From positions 213,191-277,190 of the forward strand of contig CAVZYT010000002.1 in NCBI GenBank assembly GCA_963779575.1: a DNA stretch of 64,000 nt, in the 5' to 3' direction. Under the pieces are notes generated by a model. That model searched no databases and was not told the DNA's origin. It saw only the letters and a program-made list of their open reading frames with translations. The position numbers and the translations under genes were made by a program. Origin of the DNA: an uncultured Chloroflexia bacterium. Lineage in GTDB: Bacteria; Chloroflexota; Limnocylindria; Limnocylindrales; CSP1-4. Numbering within the stretch: position 1 is the first letter of the stretch; every line of letters begins with the position of its first letter. Below, piece by piece: positions 42,141-54,008 of the stretch.

Positions 42141-43127
42141 ATGGCCCAGATCAGACCAGGTGCAATCCTTGCGCCGCTGCTCATCGCGCTCGTGCTTCCC
42201 GCCGCCGTCTCGGCGGCTCCGCCGCGACACACGACGACATCGAGCGCCCACGACGACCGGACGGTCACCGCGTTCCCGCTGGCCGACGGCTCGTCGCCGT
42301 TCGGCGTCACGGCGGGCCCGCACGGCGAGTACGTCAGCCTGAACACCGCGATCGGTCGGTTCGACCACAACGGCAACCTGACGACCTATCAGATCCCGTC
42401 GGCCGATCCCTACGCGGGCTGGCTGACCACCGACCTGCTGGGCGGCATCTGGATCTCCGAGCGCGACTCGGGGAACATGGGCCGGCTCGCGCCGAACGGG
42501 TCCATCACCGAGTACCCGCTGCCCGCCGGCCCCGACGCCGTCCCCCAGGGGAGCGTCGTCCTGCCGTTCGGGATCGTGTACGTGGCCGAGCAGGGGGCGA
42601 ACGCGATCGCGCGTCTCAACGCCTGGACGGGCCACGTGACCGAGTTCCCCGTTCCGACCCCCGACGCCACGCCCCTCGGCCTCACGCTCGGCCCCGACGC
42701 CGCCCTGTACTTCACGGAGCGAAGCGCCGACAAGATCGGGCGAATGACCCTGAACGGCACCTTCAAGGAGTGGTCCCTGGAGCCCGGCTCCTTCCCCAAC
42801 CGGATCGTGACCGGCCCGGATCATGCGATCTGGTTCACCGAGCTCTTCGGCGGCAAGGTCGGCCGGATCTCGATGGACGGAACGCTCACCGAATACCCCG
42901 TCGACGGCGGGCCGGTCGGGATCACCGTGGGCACCGACCATCAGCTCTACGTCGTGCTGTACCTCTCGGGGCAGGTCGCCCGCGTGAACCTGCACGGGGC
43001 AGTCACCGGGACCTGGGACCTGCCGGGCGCGGTCGGGCCCCTGCAGATCGCGACCGGCCGCGGCAGCGACCTGTGGGTCACCGACAACAACGCGAACACG
43101 GTCTTCCGCCTCTCGGCGAGGGACTGA
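42141..43127 (+). CDS. secreted Vgb-like (virginiamycin B lyase-like) beta-propeller protein
   Basis: ATG 42141 follows AGGAGG. Signal peptide MAQIRPGAILAPLLIALVLPAAVSAAP. Repeated ~40-aa blades carry Vgb-type motifs (ITEYPLP, VTEFPVP, FKEWSL, LTEYPV; GPDAALYFTERSADKIGRM, GPDHAIWFTELFGGKVGRI). Confidence 0.8.
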   Translation: MAQIRPGAILAPLLIALVLPAAVSAAPPRHTTTSSAHDDRTVTAFPLADGSSPFGVTAGPHGEYVSLNTAIGRFDHNGNLTTYQIPSADPYAGWLTTDLLGGIWISERDSGNMGRLAPNGSITEYPLPAGPDAVPQGSVVLPFGIVYVAEQGANAIARLNAWTGHVTEFPVPTPDATPLGLTLGPDAALYFTERSADKIGRMTLNGTFKEWSLEPGSFPNRIVTGPDHAIWFTELFGGKVGRISMDGTLTEYPVDGGPVGITVGTDHQLYVVLYLSGQVARVNLHGAVTGTWDLPGAVGPLQIATGRGSDLWVTDNNANTVFRLSARD

Positions 43128-43154
43128 GGTCGGTCCACCCCGGCCACGAATACC

Positions 43155-43191
43155 GACGGCTGCCGGTCACCCGGCAGCCGTCGTTCGATTC
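43155..43191 (+). terminator. conserved hairpin family, copy T2 (between convergent genes)
   Basis: GACGGCTGCCGG-tcac-CCGGCAGCCGTC followed by GTTCGATTC. Confidence 0.6.
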
Positions 43192-43197
43192 ACGGGG

Positions 43198-46100
43198 TCA
43201 GGGCGTGCAGGCCGGGGCGTAGGGGCGGGTCGGGAGGTACTGGGCCCACTCCGCCTGGGTCAGGGTGCGACCCGCGATCGCGCAGGCGTCCTTGGCCCAG
43301 ACGGCTGGGTCGATCGACCAGTCGAAGGCCTGGCCATTCGCATACGCGACGTAGACGCGGGAGCCGTCCGGCGAGGTCGTCGCGTCAACCCAATCGTTTC
43401 CCGGTCCGGGCAGGACACCGGCGACAGTCCGCGTGGCGACGTCGATCAGTCGGACCGTGCCGTCCGTCCCGGAGCTGACCAGGGTCGTTCCCGAGGGGGT
43501 CCAGGCGAGGTCGAGGACCCAGCCGGCCACCGTGGCGATGTCCGGAGCGCTCCCCAGCCCCGTCGACGCGTCCCAGAACCGTATGTCCCCTGAATCGCCT
43601 CCTGTCGCCAGGACGGTGCCATCAGGGCTGAATGCGACCGCATCCGCGTCGCCCTGGGAGTAGCCCGCGTCGACCGTGTAGCGCACGGTCGTCCCGCCTG
43701 CGGCGAGGACCGCGATACCTCCACCATTCTGGCTCGCGTAGCCAACGGCGAGCGCACCTCGAGACCGGGTTGTACGCGAGGTCGACGATCCGTCCAGCGA
43801 ACGCCACTGGGGGTCCGGCACTGGCACCGGTCCTGGCGTCCCACGTCCAGACCGCCCCGCCGTCGTCGCCGGCCACGACTTCTCGGGAGTCCGGCGAAAA
43901 CGCAACGGCCCGGGCCGAATTCACCCGCCTGCCGGTCTCGGCGGGATCGCTGGGGTCGATCTCGTCCTGGCTGGCGGCACGATCCGGCGCCGGCCCCGCC
44001 AGTGGGCCCCCTCCCGGAGCAACGAGCCGCCAGGTCGTGGTGTCGTACAGCTCCACAATGGCCGCGCCGCTGCCCGTGATCGCCAGACGGGTGCCATCCG
44101 GTGACCACGTCGCATCGAACGAGCCGTCCGACTCCGTGGCCGCGATCCGGCGAACGACCTCATGCGTCGCGGCGTCGCGAATGACGACGCCATCGAGGTC
44201 GTTCGTCGCCAGCAGGCGTCCATCCGGACTGACCGCGATGTGCGGAGCGGCGTCGACCTGCGCGGGCCCGCCATCCGTGCCCGCGCCGGCCTGGAACGGC
44301 TCGCCGAGACGTCGCGATCCCGACAGGTCCCAGGTCATCATCGTGCCGTCGAGGCTCACCGTGTGCAGGGTCAGTCGGCCCGCGAGCATGGAGAAGGCCG
44401 GGGCCCACACCCTGCCGTCGTGGCCCACGAGCGTCTCCACGAGAGAGCCGGTCGTGGCGTCCCACAGGCGCGTCGAGCCGTCGTCGCCGCTCGTCGCGAC
44501 GAGCGAACCGTCCGGACTGAAGGCACCGCCCTTGAGCGACACCGGGTGCTCCGCCCTGGAGGGTCAGTCCCCTTCCGTTGTGAACATCGACGAGCATGGC
44601 CTGTCCGGCGCCGGGAGCATTCGGGAGCAGGAGTGTCCGATGATCGGGCGACAGGACGGTGCCGAACCAGACGTCGCCCCGCCATGCGCTTGTCGAGACC
44701 TCGACCTGCGACCTCGGCGCCGCGTCGTCCGGTCCCCACAGGGCGAAGTGGATCGCGCCTGGCGCGTTGAGCGGCGGGCCGGGGTCGCCCGGGACGCCCG
44801 GCAGCATCGGTGCCAGGACCGAGCCGCCGTCGAACATGACCATGTCCAGGAGCCACATCCCGGTCGGGACGCGGAGCGTGCGCAGTGCCTTCTGCGTCGC
44901 CGCGTCATAGATGGTGATCGACCGCCCGTCAACGCTCTCGCGGCCGATGGTCCGGAGATCGGGGGCCCACGAGAACCCGCCGCCACCCTCCGGGATACTT
45001 GATGGCCCCGACGACCTTGTCCGACATCGAATCAAGCAGCGTCAATCCAGGCTCGCCCCGGTTCACTTCGATGACGTCGTTGTTGTCGGCCAAGGCGATC
45101 CCACTCGTGTTGGAGATGTCGACGACGTACCTGGTCGTGTCCGACGCCGCGTCGATCACCGCGGCCTGGAGGCCGTTGTTCCTCACGAGCAGGGTCGTGC
45201 CGTCCGGGCTCCCGATGATCTGCTGGGGGCGACCGTCGAGCGGCCGCAGGATCCGGACAACCGCCGGGCTCCGAACGAGCACGGCGAGCAGGTTGGCGCG
45301 CGTCGCCGGTGAGTCGTCGATCGCCTCCCCCTGGCGGGCGAGGAGAAGCGCGACGTCGAGGTCCTTCGCCCCGAGACCCTGGGCCCCCAGACGCTCGGCG
45401 TCGGCGGTGTCGGCGGCATGCTCAGCGATCACCGTCTGGGCGTCGGCCGCCGCGCGTTGCTGGTCCGCCAGCGGCCCGTTGCTGGTCGGCGACCGTGTTC
45501 GACTGCAGGGCATCGGCCCGCTGGTGAGCGCGACGGACGCCTGCGGCGATCGCCAGCATCAGGCCGACCGACGCCCCGACGAGCAGCAGCCGGAGCCGGC
45601 GATTCGCCCGCCGCTGCCGGCGCTCCTCCGCCTGCCCGGCCGCCTGGCTCTCGGCCACGAACTGGCGCTCGAGGTCGTTGACCTCCGCGGCGTGATCGCC
45701 GATCCAGTCGAGCACGGCGGCCAGGCGCGCGCCACGGTACAGCTCGCCCGGCGTCCGGCCGCTCTCGTCCCACTCACGGGCAGCCTCAGTCAGGTGCGCG
45801 CGCACCCGACGGCTCTGCTCGTCCTCGTCGAGCCAGCGCCTCGAGCCGCGGCCACTCGCGGAACAGCGCCTCGTGGGCCACCTCGACCGTGCCGCGGTCG
45901 GCGGTGAGCAGCCGAGCCGCTGTCAGCACCGTGAGGGTTCGCTGCACGTCGGGGTTGGTGGCGATGTCGAACTCGGCCAGCGGCACCCGGCGGCGGGCCA
46001 TCGCCTCGCCCTCGCCGCCGACGAGCCGGAGGAACACGATCCTCGCGGTCGCCTGCTCCGCGTCGGTCAGCTGACCGTACGCGTTCTCGGCGAGGCGTCC

Positions 46101-47797
46101 GACGGCGCCGCTGATGCCGCCCGTCGCGGCCATGGCAGACAGCCGGATCGTCCGACCGTCTCGGCGTTCCCAGAGCTCGACGAGCGCCGTCGAGAGCAGC
46201 GGCAGCCCGCCGGGACGCCCCTCGACCTCGTCGATGAGCCGCTCGACCAGCGCGGGTTCGACCGCCAGCCCGGCACCAGCCAGCCGGTCCCTCGATCACC
46301 GAGCGATATTCGTCGCGGCCCATCGGCCCCACGAGCACCTGGCTCGCCGCCAGCTGCTCCGCAAGGCCGGCCTCCTCCGCACAGCGCCCGTAGAAGTCGG
46401 CGCGCAGGGCGAGGACGACGGCCGCCGACCCCGAACGGGATGCACGGACGAGGCAATCGAGGAACGCAGCCCGCGCCAAGGCGATCGTCGACGCTCGTGA
46501 ACACCTCCTCGAACTGGTCGACGATCAGCAGCAGGCGCGTGCCTTCGGGCAGCACCGAGGCGGCAGCGATGAGCGGGTCCGGCCCCGCGGGCAGCCGCGA
46601 CCGCTGCGACTCGTCGAGCGCCGCGAACACGACGCGATCGAGCTCGCGCATCGGCTCGGAGCCCGGCCGGAGGATCGCGCGCACCCAGCTCGTGTCGCCG
46701 AGGGCGCCCGCCTCGATGGCGGGCACGAGCCCGGCCCGGACCGCGGACGACTTGCCGCTGCCCGACGGGCCGACGACCCCGAGGAACCCGTGCTCCGCGA
46801 GGCGCGCGACCATCTCGGCGACCAGGCGCTCGCGCCCGAAGAAGACGTCCGCGTCGTGCACCGCCGAACGTCGCGAGGCCGACGAACGGGCAGGCGTCCG
46901 TCGCCTCGACGAGGCGGAGAGCCGGCGTCGCGGCCCGCGGGACACCGACGATCGGGCGCTCGGCGGCATCCGGGTCCGGCAGGTCCAGCGACGGGTCCTG
47001 GCGGAGGATCGCGGCCTCGAGCTCCTGGAGGCTGCGTGACGGGTCGAGGCCCAGCTCCTCCGCGAGCGACCCGGCGGACGTCCTGGTAGGTCGCGAGCGC
47101 CTCCGCCTGGTTGCCGGTCCGGTAGAGCGCCACCATCAGCTGGCCGCGGATGCCCTCGTCCAGCGGGTGCTCGCGGGCAAGGCCGCCCAGCTCCTCCACG
47201 ACGTCGGCCGCGCGGCCGAGGCGGAGGTCGGCGTCGATCCGGCCCGAGCGTCGTCGCGAGGCGCAGCGACTCGAGGCGCGACTGCTCGGCGTGGATGAAC
47301 CCGTCGCCGTCGAGACCGTCGAGGGCCTGGCCGCGCCACAGGGTGAGCGCCGAACCGAGCAGCCGGCGGGCATCCGCCACGTCCCCGGCACGCAGCGCCT
47401 GCCGCCCGAGCCCGCCCAGGCGCTCGAACTGCGCGACGTCGAGCGAGCCGCCCGGGATGTCGAGGACGTACCCGGACGATCGCGTGCTCAGGGTCGCGGA
47501 CGTCGCCTCGAGCGCCGAGCGCAGCTTGCGGACGTAGCCGTAGACGATGGCCGTCGCGGTGGGCGGCGGCTCGTCGCCCCAGATGGCGTCGACCAGGCGT
47601 TCGGTCGTGACGACCTCGCCCGCGTGGAGCAGCAGGAACGCGAGCAGGGCCCGCTGCTTCGGTCCGCCGAACGCCTGGGCGCCGTCGCCGCTGCCGACCT
47701 CGAGGTGGCCGAGCAACCGGAACTCCGCCCGGAGGCGGTCGGGCGCGGCCCAGCGGTCAGCAGCATCGGGCAGCGCGGCGGCGGCGGAGCCATCCAC
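43198..47797 (-). pseudogene. SARP (OmpR-type wHTH + BTAD) - STAND/AAA ATPase - TM - WD40-repeat regulator; at least 8 frame changes as sequenced
   Basis: The fragments are:
- 46067..47941: AEFRLLGHLEV..., ERLVDAIWGDEPP, GYVLDIPGGSLDVAQFE, and later the Walker A VVGPSGSGKSSAVRAGLVPA.
- 46525..47391: BTAD, HPLDEGIRGQLMVALYRTGNQAEALATYQDVRR.
- 45786..46133 and 45422..45805: TM helix LLLVGASVGLMLAIAAGV.
- 44929..45513, 44160..45035, 43622..44542 and 43198..43905: WD40 blades, e.g. FSPDGSLVATSGDDGSTRLWDATTG and FSPDGTVLATGGDSGDIRFWDASTG.
The likely start is GTG 47797. Confidence 0.8.
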
Positions 47798-47889
47798 GGG
47801 CGTCGGCCGCCCTCCCCTCCCGCGATGCAGGCGACGCGGCCGCCGCCCGACGCCGGTGAACGCCCGGCGTCCGGCGCATTGTGCGCCGT

Positions 47890-47932
47890 TTCGTGGATTC
47901 TTCGTCGCTGCTTCGCGCACCCGGTCCAGCCT
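47890..47932 (+). promoter_or_regulatory. SARP-type heptad array B plus candidate -10
   Basis: TTCGTGG (47890), TTCGTCG (47901) and TTCGCGC (47912) are spaced 11 bp apart. CAGCCT at 47927..47932 lies 8 bp after the third heptad. The array sits in the divergent region between the SARP gene and the PD40 gene. Confidence 0.55.
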
Positions 47933-48036
47933 CCGGGACATGACCGACGATGCGCCGCCAGCCGGCGACGCGCAGAGCCGTCGTCCGGAGCGGATCGGTC
48001 CACAGGCTCCGGGTAGCAGGAAGGACAGGGATCTCG

Positions 48037-48998
48037 ATGAATCGCAAGCATCGCGCCGCCTTGTCGATCGGTGCCGCCCTGGCGCTCGGTGCAGCGCTGG
48101 TCGGCCCGGTGGCAGCCACCTATCCGGGCGACGTCGGCCGGCTCGCGTTCGCGATGACCGGGCCCGACGGCAACAACGACATCTACACGGCCCGGCCGAA
48201 CGGCAATGACGTCCGGCGCCTGACCACCGACCCGGGCTTCGACGCCTGCGCGTCGTACTCGGCCGACGGCCGGCACATCGCCTTCTGCAGCAACCGGACC
48301 GGCGCCTTCGAGATCTGGGCGATGGACAAGAACGGCGACAACCAGCACGCCGTCACCAACCTCGGCGGCTACGCGACGTTCCCCGACTACAGCCCGGACG
48401 GCCGGAGGATCGTCTTCGACGGCGCCCAGGGCAGCGACACGCACGACGAGATCTACGTCGTGAACGCGCGGACCGGCGGCGACCTCACGGCGCTGACGAG
48501 CTGCGCGGGCTACGGGGCGGGCTGCTTCAATGACTACCCGGCCTACTCGCCCGGACGGCAGGAAGATCGCGTTCATCCACGCCGACGACACGGACGCCGA
48601 CGGGAACCCGATCAACGAGCAGGTCTGGGTCATGTCCGCCAACGGCTCCCACAAGACCCAGCTCACGTCTCAACGCCAACGCCCACGACCAGCTCCCCGA
48701 CTGGAGCCCGGACGGCAAGAAGATCGCATACGAGGAGGGCGCGGTCGGCGCCTCATACATCTTCGTCATGCGCGCCGACGGGAGCCACCCGACCCAGCTC
48801 ACCTTCGGGCCCAGCGACGACTTCGGCACCGCCTGGTCGCCCGACGGCCGCCACATCGCCTACGTCGAGGACAACGGCAACGGCGACCGGCCGATCATGG
48901 TCATGAACGCCGACGGTGGCAACAAGCACCGCCTGACGCCCGGTACCTCCCACCAGTTCGTTCCCGGGTGGCAGCCTCTCGGTGGCGACTGCGACTGA
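48037..48998 (+). pseudogene. secreted PD40/TolB-like beta-propeller protein, at least 2 frameshifts as sequenced
   Basis: ATG 48037. Signal peptide MNRKHRAALSIGAALALGAALVGPVAA. PD40 motifs YSADGRHIAFCSNRTG, YSPDGRRIVFDG, (frame 2) DGRKIAFIH, (frame 3) WSPDGKKIAY and WSPDGRHIAYVED. Stop at 48998. Confidence 0.8.
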
Positions 48999-49036
48999 AC
49001 CGTCCCATGGGCTCGCGCCGCGAGCCCCCAAGACAC

Positions 49037-49074
49037 GACGGCCGCTGGCTCCTCCGGCGGCCGTCGTTCGATTC
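49037..49074 (+). terminator. conserved hairpin family, copy T3 (between convergent genes)
   Basis: GACGGCCGCTGG-ctcct-CCGGCGGCCGTC followed by GTTCGATTC. Relative to T1/T2 the stem changes keep pairing (T-A becomes C-G, plus one G-U). Confidence 0.6.
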
Positions 49075-49081
49075 CGGCCGT

Positions 49082-52000
49082 TCAGCCCAGGCTGATGTCG
49101 ATGACCCCGTCGCCGACCCGGCGCCGTACCTCGCCCAGCAGCTCGGCGTCGTAGGCCACGCCGCGGAGCTCCATCGGCAGGGCGGAACCACCCGGGGCCG
49201 GCACGTGGACGACCACCCGCGTGCCGCCCGGCCGATCGCGCATGACGTCCTTGAACGCCTGCATCGCCGACACGACGCGGTCGGGCGCGGCGCCCCTCGC
49301 GAACCGCACGTTGAGCACGGCACCGGGGGACGCATCCACGGGGTCGCTCGGCGCCTGGGCGGCCGCCGCCGCGACGTTGCGCTGCTCGTCGGGGAGCGGC
49401 GGCTCCTCGGCCTCCTCCGCGCCACCCGCCAGGGCGGCACTCGCGAGGTCCGGCGGCTCGGCGTAGGTCGCGATCGGCTCGCCGGGGGCGACGCGCGGCA
49501 GATCGGGCTCCGAGGTCGCGGACGGCGACGGTGACCCCGCATCGAATGGATCGGGCGCACGGCTCGGCGAGACGTGCACGGCTGCGGCGCCTCCACGCCG
49601 GCAGACACCGCGGCTTCCCTGCCCGGCCCGACCGCGACCGGGTCCCTCGGGGCGCCATAGCCATGCCCGTTGCCGTTGCCGTTGCTGGATCCCGGGCCCC
49701 CCGGCCCGCCGCGCCGCCCGCCGCCCCGCCGGTCGAGCGCCCCGACCTCGCGGGCGAACGCCTCCGGCACCGCGGTCCGCGACCGTGTCCCAGTCCCAGA
49801 CCGCGTCCGCGAGCAGCGACGCCTCCTCGCCCCGGTGGTCGACCCGCCCGGCGACGAGCAGGATCGCGCCGTCGCGCCAGGTCCCGATCGTCTGCTCGTA
49901 CGTCCGCGGGAACACCACGACCTCGAGCGTCCCCTGCAGGTCCTCGAGCGTCACGACCGCCATCGTCGACTTCGACTTCGTGATCACCGATGCGGATCCC
50001 GGTCACGATCCCGCCCGATGCACCACGCGCTGGCCGTCGAGCGACTCGTCCTTGAGGTCGCCCGAGTACGCGGTGACGAACTGCCCGACCCGCTCGGCGA
50101 CCTCGCCCATCGGGTGGTCCGAGAGGTAGAGCCCGAGCAGCTCCTTCTCCCAGCGCAGCCGCTCGCGGACCGGGCGTCTCGGGCGTGACCGGCAGCGGCC
50201 GCTCGAGGACGACCGCGTCGTCGCCGCCCATGTCGAACAGCGACGTCTGGCCGGTGATCCGGTCGCGCTGGGTCGCCTGGCCGGCGGCGAGCGCGTCGTC
50301 GAGCCCGAGCAGGATCTGCGCCGGGTGGCCGAACACGTTGAGCGCGCCGACCTTGGCCAGCGACTCGAGGACCTTGCGGTTGGTGAGCCGCACGTCGACC
50401 CGCGAGCAGAAGTCGGTCAGCGAGCGGAACTCGCCGCCGGCCTCGCGCGCATCGATGATCGACTGGATCGCGCCCTCGCCGACGTTCTTGACCGCCAGCA
50501 GCCCGAACCGGATCGCGTCGCCCTCGACCGTGAAGCCGAGGCCCGAGCGGTGGACGTCCGGCGGGGCCGGACCTCGATGCCCAGGCGCCGGCACTCGGCG
50601 ACCGCGGCGGCGACCTTCTCCGCGTTGTCGCGGAACGCCGTCAGCACCGACGTCATGTACTCGACGGTGTAGTTGGCCTTGAGATACGCCGTCTGGTACG
50701 CGATCAGGCCGTAGCAGGTGGCGTGCGCCTTGTTGAACCCGTAGCGCTCGAACGGCTCGAAGGCCTTGAACACGGCGTCGATGACCTTGGGCTCGACGCC
50801 GCGCTCGGCCGCCTGGGTGACGAACTTCTCCTTCTGGGCGCGCAGCACCGACGACTTCTTCTTGCGGATCGCGTAGCCCAGCGTGTCCGCCTCGGGGCCC
50901 GTGAACCCGCCCAGGGCGACCGCCGCGGACATGATGTCCTCCTGGTAGACGAAGATCCCGTAGGTCTTCTCCAGGTACGGCTCGAGCAGCGGGTGGAGGT
51001 ACGTCACCGCCTCCTGGCCGTGCTTGCGCCGGATGTAGGCCGGGATGTTGTCCATCGGGCCCGGGCGGTAGAGCGCGACCATCGCCGCGAGGTCGAACAC
51101 CGACGTCGGCTGCAGCTCGCGGACGTAGCGGCGCATGCCCGCGGACTCGAGCTGGAACACGCCGGTCGTCTCGCCCGAGGCCAGCAGCTCGAACGTCGTC
51201 TTGTCGTCGAGCGGGATGTCGTCGAGGTCCACGACGATCGCCGCGGTTGCTCGCGGATCAGGTCGACGGCCTTGCGCAGGATCGTGAGGTTGGACAGGCC
51301 CAGGAAGTCGAACTTGAGCAGGCCCAGGGCCTCGATGCCGTGCATCTCGTACTGGGTCATCAGCGCGTCGGAGTTCGTCGCCCGCTGGAGCGGCATCAGC
51401 TCGGTCAGCGGCTCGCGGCTGATCACGACGCCGGCGGCGTGCGTGGAGGCGTTGCGGGCGACGCCCTCGAGCTGGCGCGCGAACCCGATCAGCTTCGCGA
51501 CCTGCGGGTCGGCGTCGTGCATCTCCTTGAGCTGCGGCGACTGGACGATGGCCTCGTCGAGCCTGATGCCCAGCTGGTTGGGCACGGCCTTCGCGATCCG
51601 GTCGACCTCGCCGTAGCCCATGCCCATCACCCGGCCGACGTCGCGGATCGCGGCCCGGGCGAGCATCGTGCCGAAGGTGATGATCTGGGCGACGTGGTCC
51701 TGGCCGTACTTGCGGCTGACGTAGTTGATGACCTCGTCCCGCCGCTCGTCCTCGAAGTCCACGTCGATGTCGGGCATCGTCACGCGGTCCGGGTTGAGGA
51801 AGCGCTCGAACGGCAGGCCGTAGTCGATCGGGTCGACGGGCGTGATGCCCAGGGTGTAGGTCACGATCGAGCCCGGGGCGCGACGCCCCGGCAGGTGGTC
51901 GCGATCCCCTGCTCCCGGGCGAACCGCACGAAGTCCGCCACGATCAGGAAGTAGCCGGCGTAGCCCATCGAGATGATCACGCCCAGCTCGTAGTCCAGGC

Positions 52001-52972
52001 GCTGCTGGAGCGCCGGCGTGATCCCGCCGTAGCGGCGCACGAGGCCCGCCTCGCACTCCTTGCGCAGCCACGTCTCGACGGTCTCGCCGTCGGGCACCGG
52101 GAAGTGCGGGATGCGCAGCTCGCCCAGCGGCAGCGCGAGGTCGACCATCTCGGCGATGCGGCGGGTGTTGCGGATCGCCTCGAGCTGGTCCGGGAACAGC
52201 GCCGCCATCTCGGCCGCGGTCTTGAGGTAGAAGTCGCGGGTCTCGAACCGCATCCGGTTGGGCGTGTCGAGGTTGTTGCCCGTGCCCACGCACAGCAGGA
52301 CGTCGTGCGCCTCGTGCTGCTCCTGGTGGACGTAGTGGAGGTCGTTGGTGACGACCAGCGGCAGGCCCATCTCGGGCGCGAGCCGCAGCAGCTGCTCGTT
52401 GAGGCGCTTCTGCTCGGGGATGCCGTGGTCCTGGAGCTCGAGGAAGAAGCGGTCCTTGCCGAGGATGTCGCGGTAGTCGCCGGCGACCTTGCGCGCGAGG
52501 TCCCAGTCCTCCGCCTCGAGCGCCTTGGGGATCTCGCCGCCGAGGCACGCCGAGAGGCCGACGAGGCCCTCGCTGTAGCTTGGCGAGGTGCTCGCGGTCG
52601 ATGCGCGGCTTGTAGTAGAAGCCGTCGATGTGGGCGTCGGTGAGCAGCCGGCACAGGTTGCGGTAGCCGATCAGGTCGGTCGCCAGCAGGATCAGGTGGA
52701 AGGGCTGGCTGTCGGCCCGCGGGTCGCGGTCGCGCATCGCCGCGCCGGGCGACGTAGGTCTCGACGCCGATGATCGGCTTGATGCCCGCCTTGGTCGCCG
52801 CCTGGTAGAACGCGACCGACCCGTAGAGCGCGCCGTGGTCGGTGACGGCGAGGGCGTCGAAGCCGTGCTTGATCGACGTGTCGACGAGGTCCGTGATCCG
52901 CCCCAGCCCGTCGAGCAGGCTGAACTCCGAGTGGGTGTGGAGGTGGACGAAGTCGTTCGGGGCGATGGTCAT
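49082..52972 (-). pseudogene. dnaE: DNA polymerase III alpha subunit (DnaE1-type), at least 7 frame changes as sequenced
   Basis: ATG 52972 with the PHP domain (FVHLHTHSEFSLLDGLGRI, LAVTDHGALYG).
- Fragment 51861..52370: VVTNDLHYV.
- Fragment 51004..52737: MPDIDVDFEDERRDEVINYV, ASTHAAGVVIS, LLKFDFLGL.
- Fragment 50417..51232: GVFQLES, FNKAHATCYGLIAYQTAYLK.
- Fragment 48753..50594: FGLLAVKNVGEGAI.
- Fragment 49082..49987: OB fold, MAVVTLEDLQGTLEVVVFP, and the actinobacterial-type C-terminal domain. Confidence 0.9.
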
Positions 52973-53078
52973 CGGGAGGTCAATGGTAGCCCGACTCGCC
53001 CTTGCGCTTCGGCGTCGGGTGTCGTGGCAGGACGGATGGGCCCTTGCTGCCCGAGTTCGACGATGAGACCTTGGACCT

Positions 53079-54008
53079 GTGCCCGAGAGCCTCTTTCCGC
53101 AGCTCGACATCTGGAGCCACGCAGGACCACTCCCCCATCCGGCCGAGGCGTATGGACCGAATGGCGATGCCGTCGTGCGCCTGATCCTGCAGGCGATGCG
53201 ACTCGACCACCCCGCGATCGAGCGGGTGGGTTCGCTCTGGTCAGACGGCAACGGGGGTGAGCTCTCCCGGGCCGCGACAGCCCGAGAAGCGCACCTGCAC
53301 GATGTCGTGGATGCCGCAGCGCGCCGATGCGGGCGGGAGGCGGCGGTAAGGACCGCGTTCCTCGATGGCCAGGCGGCGGTGCTCGTCGCTTGTCACCCGG
53401 CGGTCGGGGCGCTGGAGTTCTGGTGGAACAACTACCCGGAGGTTCCGACGATGTACGCAGCCGGCGCGGTCGCTGCAACTGAAGTCGTCGCCCATCTGCT
53501 GGCTGACGATGACCTAGCCGTCGCGCGATCACCGTGGAATGCGCTCCGCGATGGGCTGCCACCGGGCCACTTCGGTCCCAACTCGGGCGCAGTCGCGGCC
53601 ATCCTCGACGCGATCCCGCTCCTGACCTTGGAGGAGCAGGACCGGATCGTGACGGCTTGGATCGAACGGCCTGCGGGCGACCTCACGAACTTCGGCTATC
53701 CGGGTGCTCTGCACCCGAACGAGGGGCTCGCAGGATGGATGCCGACGGACAAAGGTCGACGGCATCTCGCCTGGATCGAGATGCTCGAGCAAACCTCGAC
53801 GGACGTGCGTTCGAGCCGCAGATTGGAGATCGCAACGTTTTCGGCGCGGATGCGCTGCCGCGTTGCCCCAGACCGAGAAGGCGACCGCGAGTACGGCTTG
53901 TACCTGATCGGAGCCCTCAAAGCGGCGGTGGCCGCGACCCTTCTCCGGGATGCGGCCTCGGACCGGGTCGTGTCAGAGCTCCTCGAGGCGTGGGAGTCCA
54001 GATCTTGA
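53079..54008 (+). CDS. hypothetical protein (up to 309 aa), probably all-alpha
   Basis: ORF with a GTG start (uncertain), divergent from dnaE, at the left edge of a visibly lower-GC stretch. I recognise no motif. Confidence 0.45.
   Translation: MPESLFPQLDIWSHAGPLPHPAEAYGPNGDAVVRLILQAMRLDHPAIERVGSLWSDGNGGELSRAATAREAHLHDVVDAAARRCGREAAVRTAFLDGQAAVLVACHPAVGALEFWWNNYPEVPTMYAAGAVAATEVVAHLLADDDLAVARSPWNALRDGLPPGHFGPNSGAVAAILDAIPLLTLEEQDRIVTAWIERPAGDLTNFGYPGALHPNEGLAGWMPTDKGRRHLAWIEMLEQTSTDVRSSRRLEIATFSARMRCRVAPDREGDREYGLYLIGALKAAVAATLLRDAASDRVVSELLEAWESRS

Noticed and set aside
49082-52972. Programmed ribosomal frameshifting or an intein as the explanation for the broken dnaE reading frame.
   Set aside because: There are too many shifts (at least 7), in both directions, without slippery heptamers or intein blocks. 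The same kind of lesion hits unrelated neighbouring genes, so homopolymer indels explain them better.
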